The notes: generated by a model from the letters alone, not told the origin. A stretch of 59,274 bases of DNA, filler included, from 4 parts of 4 records of this genome joined end to end with filler, not necessarily neighbours in it; one strand, 5' to 3'. Counted from the whole stretch's first letter, positions 31,378-42,241 are shown. Program-made: numbers and translations.

Positions 31378-33009
31378 TCATTCATTCAAAATACTTGGGT
31401 CGCGTAGCTGTAACTCACATTCTTTTTTTAAAGAAGGATCAATTTTTAAATGAATTTTTCCATTGACGTTTGGCTTTAAAACTGTCTTTTCTGAAATAAC
31501 TATTTGCTTTTTGGACGTAAGATTTAATGTAGCATTCTCAGTAAATTCTTGGTTTTTCATAACAACTTCAGAAAGAGAAGTTAACTTAAAATCCCAGCGA
31601 CTAAAACGTTGATTTTCAATTTTCACAGGGCCTTTTTCAGCAAACATATCAAAGACCATTGCTACCGATTTTCCAGTATTTAGCATACCTGCACCGTATT
31701 TTCCAGCAAAGGGTTTGTTGGCTTCAATGTCATCAATATTTAATGAAGTCATTTTTAAAATACTTTCAACTTCATCGATAGGTAAACAAGGATATAAAGA
31801 AAGCATTAAGCCAATGGTGCCTGTTACTAATGGTGTAGCATTACTTGTATGCTCATTAGTATCATATATATTTTCATCATTATTTAGGTATCTTCCATAC
31901 AAAAACGTGCCCGTTGAAGGCGCTAAAATATCTACTTCTGTATTGAGTGAAGTAACAGAAACAGGGTAAATATGAGGTTTTGAAACATCTTTATCAGTAA
32001 AACCCATCGTTCGCCCTACAAATCCTTTAATATTTTCCGCATATTTTTTTCCATTTGGTTCTTCAAGAATATTTTCAGAGATAGTTTCATATTTATACAT
32101 CGCTGAAGAAACCGAAATAACATGGTCGTACGAAGCTGGGTAATATTTAATTTCACCAGATTTTGTTTCAATCCAGTTTTTATTTCCTGCAGCAACAACT
32201 AATAGGGTACCATTATCAAACATTTTATTTATTGCATCTTGTCCAGATTTAGCTTTATAACTACTATACCAACTACAATTTATTACTTTCACACCTTTTT
32301 CAGATAACTCTAACAACTGTTCAAAGCCCTTAAAGCTTCCATAAAACGTTGTGTAAATTCCACAATTATAGCAAACGCCTGGCACACCATATCCATTATC
32401 ACCTTGTGCAGCTGCAAGTGAGGTCACTCCATTTCCATGACCTCCTGAATACTTAGATTTTTTTACGACCTTCGTTTTTCCTGCAAATTCTATATTAGTG
32501 GTATCTACACTTGCATCAGAGATTCCTATTATTGTTTCTGGATTACCAACGGTATAATACCATGCTTTTGGAACTTCCATAAAATCCAAATAATCCAAAT
32601 TTACTTTAAGACCTTTATTATCGCCTATTGTACTAGTTAAACCATAATCATTTGGTTCAAATATTTTTTTATCCTCATCAGCTATTAACTCACCATACTC
32701 AAAAAGATGGGAAGTATTCTGCAATAAATCTGTCATCAAAGCTCTTTTATTTGCGATTACAAAAAAAGTTTTTTTAAGATTTTCCTTTTTAGCGTGTTTC
32801 CACGTTTTCTTAAATGTTTTAATTTTATAAGCTTTCAGTGCAGCTTTAAGTCTAGTATCACTTCCTGTATAATTTAAATAATCTCCTTTTCTTTCAAAAG
32901 TGGGAGAAAATGAAGTATCGCGCGCTCTTAGATAGAACCATTCATCTTTTTGAGCACTAACCGAAAATGTAGAGAGAAAAATTATAAAAAAAAGAAATAG
33001 AATACGCAC
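31378..33009 (-). CDS. Secreted S8 (subtilisin-like) serine peptidase
   Basis: Triad motifs IGISD, GGHGNGV and HTSNATP plus oxyanion AAGN. The probable GTG start at 33009 gives the signal peptide MRILFLFFIIFLSTFSVSA-Q. Confidence 0.85.
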   Translation of the reverse strand: MRILFLFFIIFLSTFSVSAQKDEWFYLRARDTSFSPTFERKGDYLNYTGSDTRLKAALKAYKIKTFKKTWKHAKKENLKKTFFVIANKRALMTDLLQNTSHLFEYGELIADEDKKIFEPNDYGLTSTIGDNKGLKVNLDYLDFMEVPKAWYYTVGNPETIIGISDASVDTTNIEFAGKTKVVKKSKYSGGHGNGVTSLAAAQGDNGYGVPGVCYNCGIYTTFYGSFKGFEQLLELSEKGVKVINCSWYSSYKAKSGQDAINKMFDNGTLLVVAAGNKNWIETKSGEIKYYPASYDHVISVSSAMYKYETISENILEEPNGKKYAENIKGFVGRTMGFTDKDVSKPHIYPVSVTSLNTEVDILAPSTGTFLYGRYLNNDENIYDTNEHTSNATPLVTGTIGLMLSLYPCLPIDEVESILKMTSLNIDDIEANKPFAGKYGAGMLNTGKSVAMVFDMFAEKGPVKIENQRFSRWDFKLTSLSEVVMKNQEFTENATLNLTSKKQIVISEKTVLKPNVNGKIHLKIDPSLKKECELQLRDPSILNE

Positions 33010-33130
33010 GCAAAATTCATTTTCCACAAGATACTTCTTTTTTTCAAAATTGAATAAATAACAGTTAGTTACTAAATAAATCAAAACAATATTTCTCGGT
33101 AACCTAAAAAGATTGCTGTATTTTAGCGGC

Positions 33131-33859
33131 ATGTACCAAACACTCAAAAAAGTAGCACTTTCAATCGTTCCCAAAAAATTTCTTATTGAAAATGAGATTT
33201 TTTTTCGTTCAGTTTTTGCATTGCATCTACACGGAAAAAAACATGAATGTACGGTATGTAATCGAGGTTTAAAAAATTTTATAAATATACCTGAAGGTGA
33301 TATACTCTGCCCTTTTTGTGGCAGTCGTTCACGTACTAGAAGACTTTATTCGTTACTTAACGAGCATAGTTTAATTAATGGAAAAATACTTCATTTTTCC
33401 CCTTCAAGAAGTGTTTATAGAATACTGAAAAAAAAATCTGAAATAACGTATTTTAGTACTGACTTTGAAGATGAATTTCTTGCAGATTACAAGTATGATA
33501 TTACTCAAATTCCTTTAGAAAAGGAATTTTTAGATTTAATAATCTGTTATCACATTTTAGAACATATAGAAGACGATTCGAAAGCAATGACAGAATTATA
33601 TCGAGTTCTAAAAAAAGACGGAGTATGCATAATTCAAACCCCTTTCAAGGAAGGTAGTATTTATGAAGACCCTTTAAAAAAATCTAAAAAAGAACGACTA
33701 GAAGCTTTCGGACAAGAAGATCATGTACGTATATATTCAGTTGAAGGGCTCTGCACACGATTGAAAAAAACTGGTTTTAATACTATTGAAATATTGAAGC
33801 TTCAAGCAAATGAACGTTACGGATTTATGGAAGAAAACGTGCTAATTGTTAAAAAATGA
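33131..33859 (+). CDS. Class I SAM-dependent methyltransferase with N-terminal CxxC...CPxC motif
   Basis: 'CTVC..CPFCGSRSRTR', 'ILHFSP', 'CYHILEHIEDD..AMTELYRVLK' and 'FGQEDHVRIY'. Confidence 0.85.
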   Translation: MYQTLKKVALSIVPKKFLIENEIFFRSVFALHLHGKKHECTVCNRGLKNFINIPEGDILCPFCGSRSRTRRLYSLLNEHSLINGKILHFSPSRSVYRILKKKSEITYFSTDFEDEFLADYKYDITQIPLEKEFLDLIICYHILEHIEDDSKAMTELYRVLKKDGVCIIQTPFKEGSIYEDPLKKSKKERLEAFGQEDHVRIYSVEGLCTRLKKTGFNTIEILKLQANERYGFMEENVLIVKK

Positions 33860-34752
33860 TTTCGATACTTATTCCTACATATAATTACAATATTTTTTTG
33901 CTTGCCGCTAATTTGCAAAAGCTATGTGAGAAAATAAACATTGCTTTTGAAATATTAGTTCTAGATGATTTTTCAACTGATAAAGAAATAGTTTCTGCTA
34001 ATTCTGAAATTAACAATTTAAAACATTGTCAGTTTATTCAAAATCAAAAAAACTTAGGCAGAACAGCCACAAGACAACGACTCGCAGAAGTTGCAGCATT
34101 TGAAACTTTACTTTTTTTAGATGCAGATGTTTTTCCAGAAAAACCAACATTTATTGAAGCATATTTGACTGAACTTAAAAAAAATAATGCAGATGTTATT
34201 TTTGGAGGTATTACATATGAAAAAGAGAAACCTTCCAAAAATAAAATGCTACGGTGGAAATATGGGGTTGAACGCGAAGCAAAAGAAGTTTCTGAGCGAA
34301 CTAAAGATCCTTATTTTATAATTTCTCAGAATATATTAATAAAACGAAAAATATTTTTTGCAGCAAATCGCTCTATAGAAAATTATTACGGATTAGATAA
34401 TTTTTTCTCAAACCAATTAAAGAAAATGGGGGCGAATGTTTCACATATAAACAATCCTGTAATACATTTTGGTTTGGAAGAAAACGAAATATTTTTTAAA
34501 AAAGCTTTAGCTGCTGTAGAAACCACAGTGATTCTTGAAAGTAAAGGCTTGATGGATACCAATATGCGCCCTATACAAAAAAGCTTTTTAAAGCTCAAAA
34601 AGTATCGCTTATTGAATTGTTTTAGCTTTATTATTTCAAAATTTAAAAAGGTAATGGAGCAAAATTTTGATTCAGAAAACCCAAACCTTTTTTGGTTTGA
34701 CCTATATCGGTTAAATTATTATATTCAGCTTAAAACAAAGCACAATGCCTAA
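33856..34752 (+). CDS. Glycosyltransferase family 2
   Basis: 'ISILIPTYN', 'DDFS' and 'FLDAD'. Confidence 0.9.
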   Translation: MISILIPTYNYNIFLLAANLQKLCEKINIAFEILVLDDFSTDKEIVSANSEINNLKHCQFIQNQKNLGRTATRQRLAEVAAFETLLFLDADVFPEKPTFIEAYLTELKKNNADVIFGGITYEKEKPSKNKMLRWKYGVEREAKEVSERTKDPYFIISQNILIKRKIFFAANRSIENYYGLDNFFSNQLKKMGANVSHINNPVIHFGLEENEIFFKKALAAVETTVILESKGLMDTNMRPIQKSFLKLKKYRLLNCFSFIISKFKKVMEQNFDSENPNLFWFDLYRLNYYIQLKTKHNA

Positions 34753-35686
34753 ATTTTCTGTAATCATTCCGCTTTACAATAAAGAAAAGGATCTTCCATT
34801 AACCTTGAAAAGTGTATTGAATCAAACTTTTAAAGATTTTGAAGTTATTATAGTGAATGACGGTTCTACTGATCAAAGTTTAGCCATAGCAGAAGCTGAA
34901 AATGACAGTCGAATAAAAATTTTTAATAAAACAAACGAAGGTGTTTCTGCAGCACGAAATTTTGGTGTTACAAATGCAAATTCAGAAATTATAGTTTTTA
35001 TAGATGCCGACGATTATTGGTATCCATTCCATTTAGAAAATATACAAACCATACTGATAAATTTTCCAGAAGCAAAATGGTTTGCCACGGCTTATGAAAA
35101 GCATTATAATAAAAAAACTACAAAACTCATAACCGGTCCTATTATAAATAAAAGTATAAATGAGATTGGAATTATAGAAGACTATTTTATAAAAAGCGAT
35201 GTAGACGCTCTTGCCTTAACATCTGCAGTTGGAATGAAAAAAAGTTTTTTTGAAGACTTAAAAGGATTTAATCCTAATTTTAATTTTGGAGAAGATACAG
35301 ATTTATGGATACGAGCAGCTCTAAAATCGCCTATGGTATTTTCAAACAAAATTTCTGCTAAACATATTTTAAACAGCAGTAATAGATTAAATAACACCAA
35401 TCTAAACTCTCGAAATTTTCTTGATTTAGATGCCTATGATTCTCAAGCAGAAATGAATCCTTCCTTAAAAAAATATTTAGATGTACATCGGTTTTCTATC
35501 GCACTTAATTATAAACTAGATGGGGATATTGAAAATTTCAAAAAATATAAAAGTAAAATAGCTACTGCTAGCTTGAACTCAAAGCAACACTTATTATTAG
35601 GTTTACCGAAAGTAATTTTAGTCGCTTCAAAAAGATTAAAAGAAATGCTTCACACCTCTGGATTTTACTTTAGTGTCTATCGGTAA
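34745..35686 (+). CDS. Glycosyltransferase family 2
   Basis: 'FSVIIPLYN', 'NDGSTD', 'GVSAARNFG', 'FIDADD' and 'GEDTDLW'. Confidence 0.93.
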   Translation: MPKFSVIIPLYNKEKDLPLTLKSVLNQTFKDFEVIIVNDGSTDQSLAIAEAENDSRIKIFNKTNEGVSAARNFGVTNANSEIIVFIDADDYWYPFHLENIQTILINFPEAKWFATAYEKHYNKKTTKLITGPIINKSINEIGIIEDYFIKSDVDALALTSAVGMKKSFFEDLKGFNPNFNFGEDTDLWIRAALKSPMVFSNKISAKHILNSSNRLNNTNLNSRNFLDLDAYDSQAEMNPSLKKYLDVHRFSIALNYKLDGDIENFKKYKSKIATASLNSKQHLLLGLPKVILVASKRLKEMLHTSGFYFSVYR

Positions 35687-36084
35687 GTTTTTTCAAATGC
35701 ACTGTATTCACGGATATAATCTTCTTCAAGAAATGCCCCTGAAGAAAATACAAGGCAAATAGCTCCTGAAGAAAAATTTTCAAGTTCACGCCAAATTCCT
35801 GTGGGAATAAGTAAGCCTTTATTTGGTTTGTTTAAAGTTACCCGTTTTTTGTTGTTTCCGTCATCAAGTGTTACTTCAAAACTCCCGCTTACTGCTATCA
35901 AAAATTCTTGTTGCTCTTTATGGGCGTGTCCTCCTCTATGGGCATCGCTGGGAACATCAAATAAATAATAAACCCGTTTAAATTCAAACGGCAAGGTTTT
36001 TCCTTCAATAACTGCTAAATTCCCTCTGCTATCTGCAATTTTCGGGATGTCCATTACATTACAATCTTCAACGGTATTCTTCAT
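35677..36084 (-). CDS. fdtA: dTDP-4-keto-6-deoxyhexose 3,4-ketoisomerase (FdtA/QdtA/WxcM-like cupin)
   Basis: 'DSRGNL', 'PFEFKRVYY', 'RGGHAH' and 'DYIREY'. Confidence 0.9.
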   Translation of the reverse strand: MKNTVEDCNVMDIPKIADSRGNLAVIEGKTLPFEFKRVYYLFDVPSDAHRGGHAHKEQQEFLIAVSGSFEVTLDDGNNKKRVTLNKPNKGLLIPTGIWRELENFSSGAICLVFSSGAFLEEDYIREYSAFEKTYR

Positions 36085-36905
36085 TCGGTGTTGTTTTTTT
36101 TATAATCGGATATACTTTTAAAGCCTATTTTTATCTTTCTAGGTATTTCGGAAAACGGTATGTATTTTTTCCTATAAATAAAAAACACAAACTTAAAAAC
36201 CCAAAGGTAACTCAAATTTTTATAGGCATAGGTTTTTATGGCAGCCTTGGCATAGAGCAATCGGTCTGCTGCTACATCATTACTAGATGAATATGGTGGA
36301 TGAATGGTTACTGCCTTTGGGTAGAAAAACGGTATGATTCCTTTTTTCTTGGCATCGGTTAAAAAAACAAAATTTTCAGCATCTTCAAATTGAGCCCCAA
36401 GACCAAAACGTTCATCAAAAAATAAATTCTTTTTAAGTATTTCAGCTACGTTAAATGAAATTTCAATTGAAAGCGTTTTTTGACTTACATAGCTATTGTG
36501 AGCTTTTGCTTTTTTTGGATATTTCCAATAGGGTTTTCCTTCTGTAGTAAGTGTTTGAAACGTTATAATTGGGTACTTAAACTCATTGTAAGCAGCTATA
36601 ATTATTTCTGAAAAACCTTCAATAAAAACCACATCATCATCTACATTCATGCAAACAGAACCTTTAGCATTTTTTATCGCAAGATTTCTACTTTTTGAAA
36701 GTCCTTTTTCAAACGAATTGATTACCCGAACATTAGGCAGCTCTGAATGCAACAATGAATTTTCAGAAGTTTGATTTATAATCAGGATTTTAAAATCGTT
36801 AATACCTGACTTGGCAAACATTGTATGCAGAAAATCTAACGATGTGCGATTCATCGTGGCTATCAAAATCTCTAAATCTGAGGTTTTATAAGTATCTTCG
36901 GGCAT
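36081..36905 (-). CDS. Glycosyltransferase family 2
   Basis: 'ILIATMNR', 'GLSKSRNLAI', 'DDD' and 'FDERFGLG'. Confidence 0.85.
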   Translation of the reverse strand: MPEDTYKTSDLEILIATMNRTSLDFLHTMFAKSGINDFKILIINQTSENSLLHSELPNVRVINSFEKGLSKSRNLAIKNAKGSVCMNVDDDVVFIEGFSEIIIAAYNEFKYPIITFQTLTTEGKPYWKYPKKAKAHNSYVSQKTLSIEISFNVAEILKKNLFFDERFGLGAQFEDAENFVFLTDAKKKGIIPFFYPKAVTIHPPYSSSNDVAADRLLYAKAAIKTYAYKNLSYLWVFKFVFFIYRKKYIPFSEIPRKIKIGFKSISDYKKNNTE

Positions 36906-36941
36906 TCAAAATTGTTTTTAACAAATGTATTAAATGCAAAA

Positions 36942-36997
36942 CGAATATTGAACATTGATTCTTGAATATCGAACGCTGAATACTGAAAACTGAAGTT
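36942..36997 (+). repeat. Degenerate 7-nt tandem repeat (8 units, consensus YGAANAN)
   Basis: CGAATAT TGAACAT TGATTCT TGAATAT CGAACGC TGAATAC TGAAAAC TGAAGTT. Confidence 0.7.
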
Positions 36998-36998
36998 A

Positions 36999-38147
36999 AT
37001 GAAAGTTTTACTCGTTGGGGAATATAGCAGGCTACACAATTCGCTAAAACAAGGCCTAGAACATTTGGGGCATGAAGTTACCCTTGTGGGTACTGGAGAT
37101 ATGTTTAAAAAATTTCCGGTGGATGAATCCATTAGAGCCAAATGGCTAAATGACGATCCTTTTCCGTTGTTTCTTCGGAAAATATATTTACGGATTTTCA
37201 AAAAAGACCCTGCACAATGGGAAATAGGCTACCGTTTTAAAAAATTAGTGCCTAAATTGAAGGGATATGATGTGGTTCAGCTTATTAATTCACACAGCAT
37301 AGGCACCTATCCAGAATTTGAATTAAAACTTCTAAAACAACTTTTCAAGCAAAACGGCAAAGTCTTTTTAATGGGCTGCGGGGACGATTATCCGGTAGTT
37401 AAATATTATTTGGAAGGCAAAATGCGGTATCATATGCTTACGCCCTATTTAGAAAGTGACTCAACCCTGAATGCAGATTTTTCATTAAAATACATGACGG
37501 AACCCTATAAAAAGTTATTCGATTTTGTCTATGAAAATGCAGAAGCAGTAATTCCAAGCGATATGGATTATAAGCTCCCATGGCAGGAATGGGAAAAAGT
37601 TGCTGAATTAATACCGAACCCTATTATTCTTTCTGAAACGTTTTCACCCATAGTTATTTCAAATAGAAAGGTTCGGATTCTTTTTGGTATTAATACTATG
37701 AATTATACTAAAAAAGGCTATCGTTTTTTTGATGAAGCGCTTGATCGTATTGAAGAAAAGTATGCACATTTAGTTGAAATTAAACGAACTAAAAATTTAC
37801 CTTTTCAAAAGTACGTGACAGAATTAGCGCATTGCGATATCCTGATGGATAATGTATATGCTTATGATCAAGGCTACAATGCTTTGGAAGCAATGGCACG
37901 TGGAAAAGTTGTGTTTACAGGTGCTGAAAAAGAATTTGTAGCACATTATAACCTGGAAGAAGCTGTAGCTATAAATGCATTGCCAGATTCAGAAAAGATT
38001 TATGAGGCACTGGAAAACCTTATTCTAAATCCTGAAAAAATTGAACGTATTGGAAAAAATGCACGTGAATTTATAGAAAAGGAACATGATTCTGTGAAAG
38101 TTGCAAAACAATATTTAAAGACTTGGAGTAAAGTAAATCAATTATAA
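36999..38147 (+). CDS. Glycosyltransferase, GT-B fold (GT4-like)
   Basis: 'KVLLVGEYSRLH..LK.GL..LGHEV', 'GYNALEAMARGK' and 'IGKNAREFIEKEH'. Confidence 0.88.
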   Translation: MKVLLVGEYSRLHNSLKQGLEHLGHEVTLVGTGDMFKKFPVDESIRAKWLNDDPFPLFLRKIYLRIFKKDPAQWEIGYRFKKLVPKLKGYDVVQLINSHSIGTYPEFELKLLKQLFKQNGKVFLMGCGDDYPVVKYYLEGKMRYHMLTPYLESDSTLNADFSLKYMTEPYKKLFDFVYENAEAVIPSDMDYKLPWQEWEKVAELIPNPIILSETFSPIVISNRKVRILFGINTMNYTKKGYRFFDEALDRIEEKYAHLVEIKRTKNLPFQKYVTELAHCDILMDNVYAYDQGYNALEAMARGKVVFTGAEKEFVAHYNLEEAVAINALPDSEKIYEALENLILNPEKIERIGKNAREFIEKEHDSVKVAKQYLKTWSKVNQL

Positions 38148-38184
38148 AGTTGAATATGTAACTTTGTATAAAAATTGAATAAAA

Positions 38185-38679
38185 ATGCCAAATAATATAA
38201 TTTCAGATAAAGCCAAAATTGGAGAAAATGTAGAAATCGGTTCCTTCTGTATAATCGATGAAGATGTAGAAATTGGTGATAATACAGTTATAAAAAGCTA
38301 TGTAGAATTACGTAAAGGCACTATAATTGGAAAAAATTGCTATATAGATTCTAGAGTTTCTTCTTCGGGAAATTGTACTATAGGCGACAACGTGATTATT
38401 CGTTATGATAGCATTATTGCGCGTGGAATAAAAATTGGCGATGGCACCTATGTTTGCCCAAAAGTTATGACAAACAACCTCAACACCGAGCATGAACAAA
38501 TTGGTGGTGCACAAATAGGAAAAAACGTTTTTATCGGTACAGGTTGTATTATACAACACGGAATAGAAATCGGCGATAATACCGTGCTTGGCTCAATGTC
38601 TTTTATCAATAAAGATGTGCCAAAAGACGAAGTTTGGTTCGGAAATCCAGCAAAGTTTCAGAAAATGAATTCTAAGTAA
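38185..38679 (+). CDS. Hexapeptide-repeat (LbH) N-acyltransferase
   Basis: [LIV]G-x4 hexapeptide repeats and C-terminal 'WFGNPAK'. Confidence 0.9.
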   Translation: MPNNIISDKAKIGENVEIGSFCIIDEDVEIGDNTVIKSYVELRKGTIIGKNCYIDSRVSSSGNCTIGDNVIIRYDSIIARGIKIGDGTYVCPKVMTNNLNTEHEQIGGAQIGKNVFIGTGCIIQHGIEIGDNTVLGSMSFINKDVPKDEVWFGNPAKFQKMNSK

Positions 38680-38680
38680 A

Positions 38681-39427
38681 CTAGATTACTCTTTTGTTTT
38701 TTAGAAGTACTTCTTTTTCACTTTCCCAATCGCGTGCAAAGTTATTTTTTATCAATTTTGCAGGAATGCCCCCAATCAAAACATTTTCTCCTAAATTTCG
38801 ATAATCCTTTCCACATACTGAATGTGAAGCAATAACAAAGTTGTTTGGCGTTTTAGTTCCTGCCATAATTGAAACTGAGTTAGAAATAGCATTATAATCT
38901 CCTAACTCAATTGGAGATGAAATAGGATAAATTTCACCCGTTTCAGTATTTTTCATGGGATGTGAATTGGTATCAATCACTTGCGAATTATACCCTATAC
39001 CACACCACGTTCCTATAATTATTTTTTCGGTACAAATAAGTTTTACATTTGACCCTAAACAGCCCATAAATCCAAATTCACAATAGGCATTTTCTGTGAT
39101 TAGCATTACACAATCCAACCCAATATGTGCGTTACTTTTAAAGCAAAGCGTTCCATTCAGCGAAAGTTCCGCAACACCTTTTGAAGTACTTGGAAATTCA
39201 AATTTCTGACCAAAACCTATCATCGCTTTTTTAATTGGACCTTCAATTATTATCTTTCCTTTTAAGCTTGAAAATTTTATTCTCCCGTAAAAAAATACAG
39301 GTAACTTTTTTGCAACTTCAAAAGGAAACATTTTGTAATTGAAATAAATAGTTTTTATCCAATTAATTGAAGCAAAGTGCTTAACTCTTCTTTTCCCGCC
39401 ATTATATTTATTATGAATCCACCCCAT
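38681..39427 (-). CDS. LbH-type acyltransferase-like protein
   Basis: 'DTNSH', hexapeptide-like repeats and 'GGIPAKLIK'. Confidence 0.75.
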   Translation of the reverse strand: MGWIHNKYNGGKRRVKHFASINWIKTIYFNYKMFPFEVAKKLPVFFYGRIKFSSLKGKIIIEGPIKKAMIGFGQKFEFPSTSKGVAELSLNGTLCFKSNAHIGLDCVMLITENAYCEFGFMGCLGSNVKLICTEKIIIGTWCGIGYNSQVIDTNSHPMKNTETGEIYPISSPIELGDYNAISNSVSIMAGTKTPNNFVIASHSVCGKDYRNLGENVLIGGIPAKLIKNNFARDWESEKEVLLKNKRVI

Positions 39428-40908
39428 TATTTTCTTTTGAAAATCTTACTAATCAATTCTTTTATATTCATTTTTTTGTCTAGTTGAATATATGAAAATA
39501 TTATAGAAATCAGTGCCAACAACACAAATGCTCCATATTTTATAAAAGAAGTCTCAATATAAGTAACTAAAAATGATGCTAAACAAAGTAAAATACATAT
39601 ACTAAAAACCCCATAAAAACTCTTTTCAAAAAAGAAATTATACCGTGATTTTACAATGATACGTATTGCAATAAAATGAATAAAATAATATACTAAAAAG
39701 CTTATCCCCAAGCCTTCCAAACCACCATAATAATACCCTAAAACATTCATTACTAAAAGCAAGCTATTAAAGCCAATGGCAGTTCTTATAAATAATTTTG
39801 AATCGCCTTTTGCAATAATAATATAGCCCATTGAAAAAGAAACCGCTTTAAATACCATTCCTAAAATTCCCCAGCGCACCATTTCTATTATTGGGGTAAA
39901 TTCATCTGTATACAGCAACACGATTATTAATGGGGCTGCCGCCAAAAACAGCACTACTATTGGTGTAATAAGTAAAATTGCTATATATGCTTGTTCAAAA
40001 ACTGTTTTACGGATGGCTTCAATTTTATCTATAATGGCAGACAACCTTGGGTAATAATCAGTTCCCATTGCATTAAAAATAAGTCCGACGTAGGAATTTA
40101 AAATCACAAAACCTGCATTGTACAAACCTACTTGTACAACTCCGCCTGTTTGACTTATAAAGATTTGAATACCATACGCAACCAACAATCCAATTATAGA
40201 ACTAATGCTTAGCACAACCCCTAATTGTATCATTGGTTTCCCTTCAGAAAAGGCTTCTTTATTGCTAAGTTTTACGGGTTCAATTTTTTCTTTTTGTAAA
40301 TAATAAAAAGTAAAAATGAATGCTATAAATGAAGAAATAATAATGGCGGGAACAATAGCATCTATTCTATAAAAATAATACAACGGCAAGCTTATGAGCA
40401 ATCCTAAAAAATTTCCATAAAGATTTGCTTTTGCGAGCTGTTTAAGCTTTCTAAGGCCTTGTAAAATTGCCAATTGTCCGTTAGAAAGTTGTTTGAAAAG
40501 TAGGGCTATAGAAATCCAAATAAACGAAAAGGAATATTCTTTGCTTTCAAAAGCTAATTCGCTTAACCATGGGGAACATACAATCATTAGCAAAGCACCA
40601 ATGATAGCAGTAAACCAAACCAATCTTTTTAGGATACTAATTGTTCGTGAAACACCTTCAGATTTTTCATTGTTATAACTGAATGAAATATCTTTTACAG
40701 CACTTTGATCCAATCCTAAATTGGTCATTCCAGCAACCAAATTTAATGCAGTATTAAAAAGTGTTACAATTCCATATCCTGCTGGGCCAATCCATAACGC
40801 TACAAACTTTGATTTTACAATTGAAATCAAAATATTAAAAACCTGTACCCCGCCAAAAAGCGATGTGGCTTTCATTACTTGTCTATATGAATTTTTTGAT
40901 TCCTGCAT
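39427..40908 (-). CDS. wzx: Wzx-like O-unit flippase
   Basis: About 12-14 TMs; 'KATSLFGGVQ', 'GPAGYG', 'VGLYNAG' and 'DYYPRLS'. Confidence 0.88.
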   Translation of the reverse strand: MQESKNSYRQVMKATSLFGGVQVFNILISIVKSKFVALWIGPAGYGIVTLFNTALNLVAGMTNLGLDQSAVKDISFSYNNEKSEGVSRTISILKRLVWFTAIIGALLMIVCSPWLSELAFESKEYSFSFIWISIALLFKQLSNGQLAILQGLRKLKQLAKANLYGNFLGLLISLPLYYFYRIDAIVPAIIISSFIAFIFTFYYLQKEKIEPVKLSNKEAFSEGKPMIQLGVVLSISSIIGLLVAYGIQIFISQTGGVVQVGLYNAGFVILNSYVGLIFNAMGTDYYPRLSAIIDKIEAIRKTVFEQAYIAILLITPIVVLFLAAAPLIIVLLYTDEFTPIIEMVRWGILGMVFKAVSFSMGYIIIAKGDSKLFIRTAIGFNSLLLVMNVLGYYYGGLEGLGISFLVYYFIHFIAIRIIVKSRYNFFFEKSFYGVFSICILLCLASFLVTYIETSFIKYGAFVLLALISIIFSYIQLDKKMNIKELISKIFKRK

Positions 40909-40927
40909 TTTTGAAATTACCGTAAAG

Positions 40928-42241
40928 CTATCTATTCTCTTCTGAAGTTTGCTTTTCAGAAGCCTTTTTTTGTTTATTAAAATATCTAAAAACGAGGAAG
41001 GCAACCAAGATGAAGTATAAAACATAGCGTATTAAATGTGCTATAACAACACCTTCAACACCAAATGGAGCAACCAAAACTTGAGCGAGTATATAAAAAA
41101 CAACAACAGAAAATAATTCTGAAAATATAAAATTTCGGACTAGTTTTTTAGCCAAAAATTGATTTAAAAGCACCAAAGATGCCAACCGTATAAAATCGCC
41201 CAACAACTGCCACTTAAAGAGTGGAGCCATTTCTGTTAACCCAGGATAAAGAAGCTCTATGATTACGTTTCTAAATAAAAAAACGAGTAACATTCCCACG
41301 GCAAACAAGGGTAAAATTGTTTTATAAATATTAAAAAGCTCCTTTCTAAAATTTGTAGAAGTATAAATTCCCGCAAACTTTGGAATTACATAAAGTGTAA
41401 AAATGGAACCTGAAAAAACCATATAATTTTTCGAAATAAAAGTAAGGTTGGTCCAAACACCTGCATCTCTTCCAGACATTTCCTCTTCAAGCATACTTCG
41501 TATATCAATTTCTACAATTGGTAATAATATAGACGTTACAAAAGACATTAGTGTAAATGCTAAAAGACTTTTCGCCATTGGCGATTGCAACTTTAAATCT
41601 TTAAAATGTAAATATTCTCGAAGCGTTTTAAAGAAGAAAAACAACAATACTAATACCTGAATTATTGGAGTAATTGCTATTGCAATCAGTGCGCCATCGA
41701 GCTTATATTGAAACAAAAAAACAAGGGTCAAGACCACACTAAACAAATAGCTAACTAAATCTATTTTAGCAAATTTCTTGTATTCTGAAAGTCCGTTTAT
41801 TACTCCATTAAAAACCCTTTGCATCGCTATAAAAGGAACTACAACAGCGGTAAGTTTTATAAGGTATGAAAAATCTTCAGAGGCAAATAAATAGTTGCTT
41901 ATTGTATTGGCAAAAAGAAATAATGAAATTCCGCTTACTAAAACCCCTATTATTGTAAAAACAAATGTGGTAGAAAATAGTTTTTGAAGCTGTTCTTTAT
42001 CAGTTTTATATTCAGCTACGTATTTTACAATTCCACTAAAAGTTCCGAGGGAAGATAAGGACATTACCAACTGCGACAGACTTCGAAGTTGCCCAATTTT
42101 ATATTGTCCCACAGGTCCTACATAATCGTATAAAAGCCGTTGCACCACTGCAGAAATAACTAGCCGAATGGTTACAACAACAGCATTCAGCGAGGTCATT
42201 TTTAAAAGTAAATTACCGCGTATATAGGATGGCAGCTTCAA
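40928..42241 (-). CDS. wzx: Second Wzx/WzxE-like O-antigen translocase
   Basis: Multi-TM; 'GPVG..KIGQL', 'GIVKYVAEYK' and 'WQLLGDFIR'. Confidence 0.85.
   Translation of the reverse strand: MKLPSYIRGNLLLKMTSLNAVVVTIRLVISAVVQRLLYDYVGPVGQYKIGQLRSLSQLVMSLSSLGTFSGIVKYVAEYKTDKEQLQKLFSTTFVFTIIGVLVSGISLFLFANTISNYLFASEDFSYLIKLTAVVVPFIAMQRVFNGVINGLSEYKKFAKIDLVSYLFSVVLTLVFLFQYKLDGALIAIAITPIIQVLVLLFFFFKTLREYLHFKDLKLQSPMAKSLLAFTLMSFVTSILLPIVEIDIRSMLEEEMSGRDAGVWTNLTFISKNYMVFSGSIFTLYVIPKFAGIYTSTNFRKELFNIYKTILPLFAVGMLLVFLFRNVIIELLYPGLTEMAPLFKWQLLGDFIRLASLVLLNQFLAKKLVRNFIFSELFSVVVFYILAQVLVAPFGVEGVVIAHLIRYVLYFILVAFLVFRYFNKQKKASEKQTSEENR

Noticed and set aside
33010-33174. Overlap of the S8 ORF's 5' extension with the divergent methyltransferase
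   Set aside because: The probable start is GTG 33009, which gives a clean signal peptide and removes the overlap.
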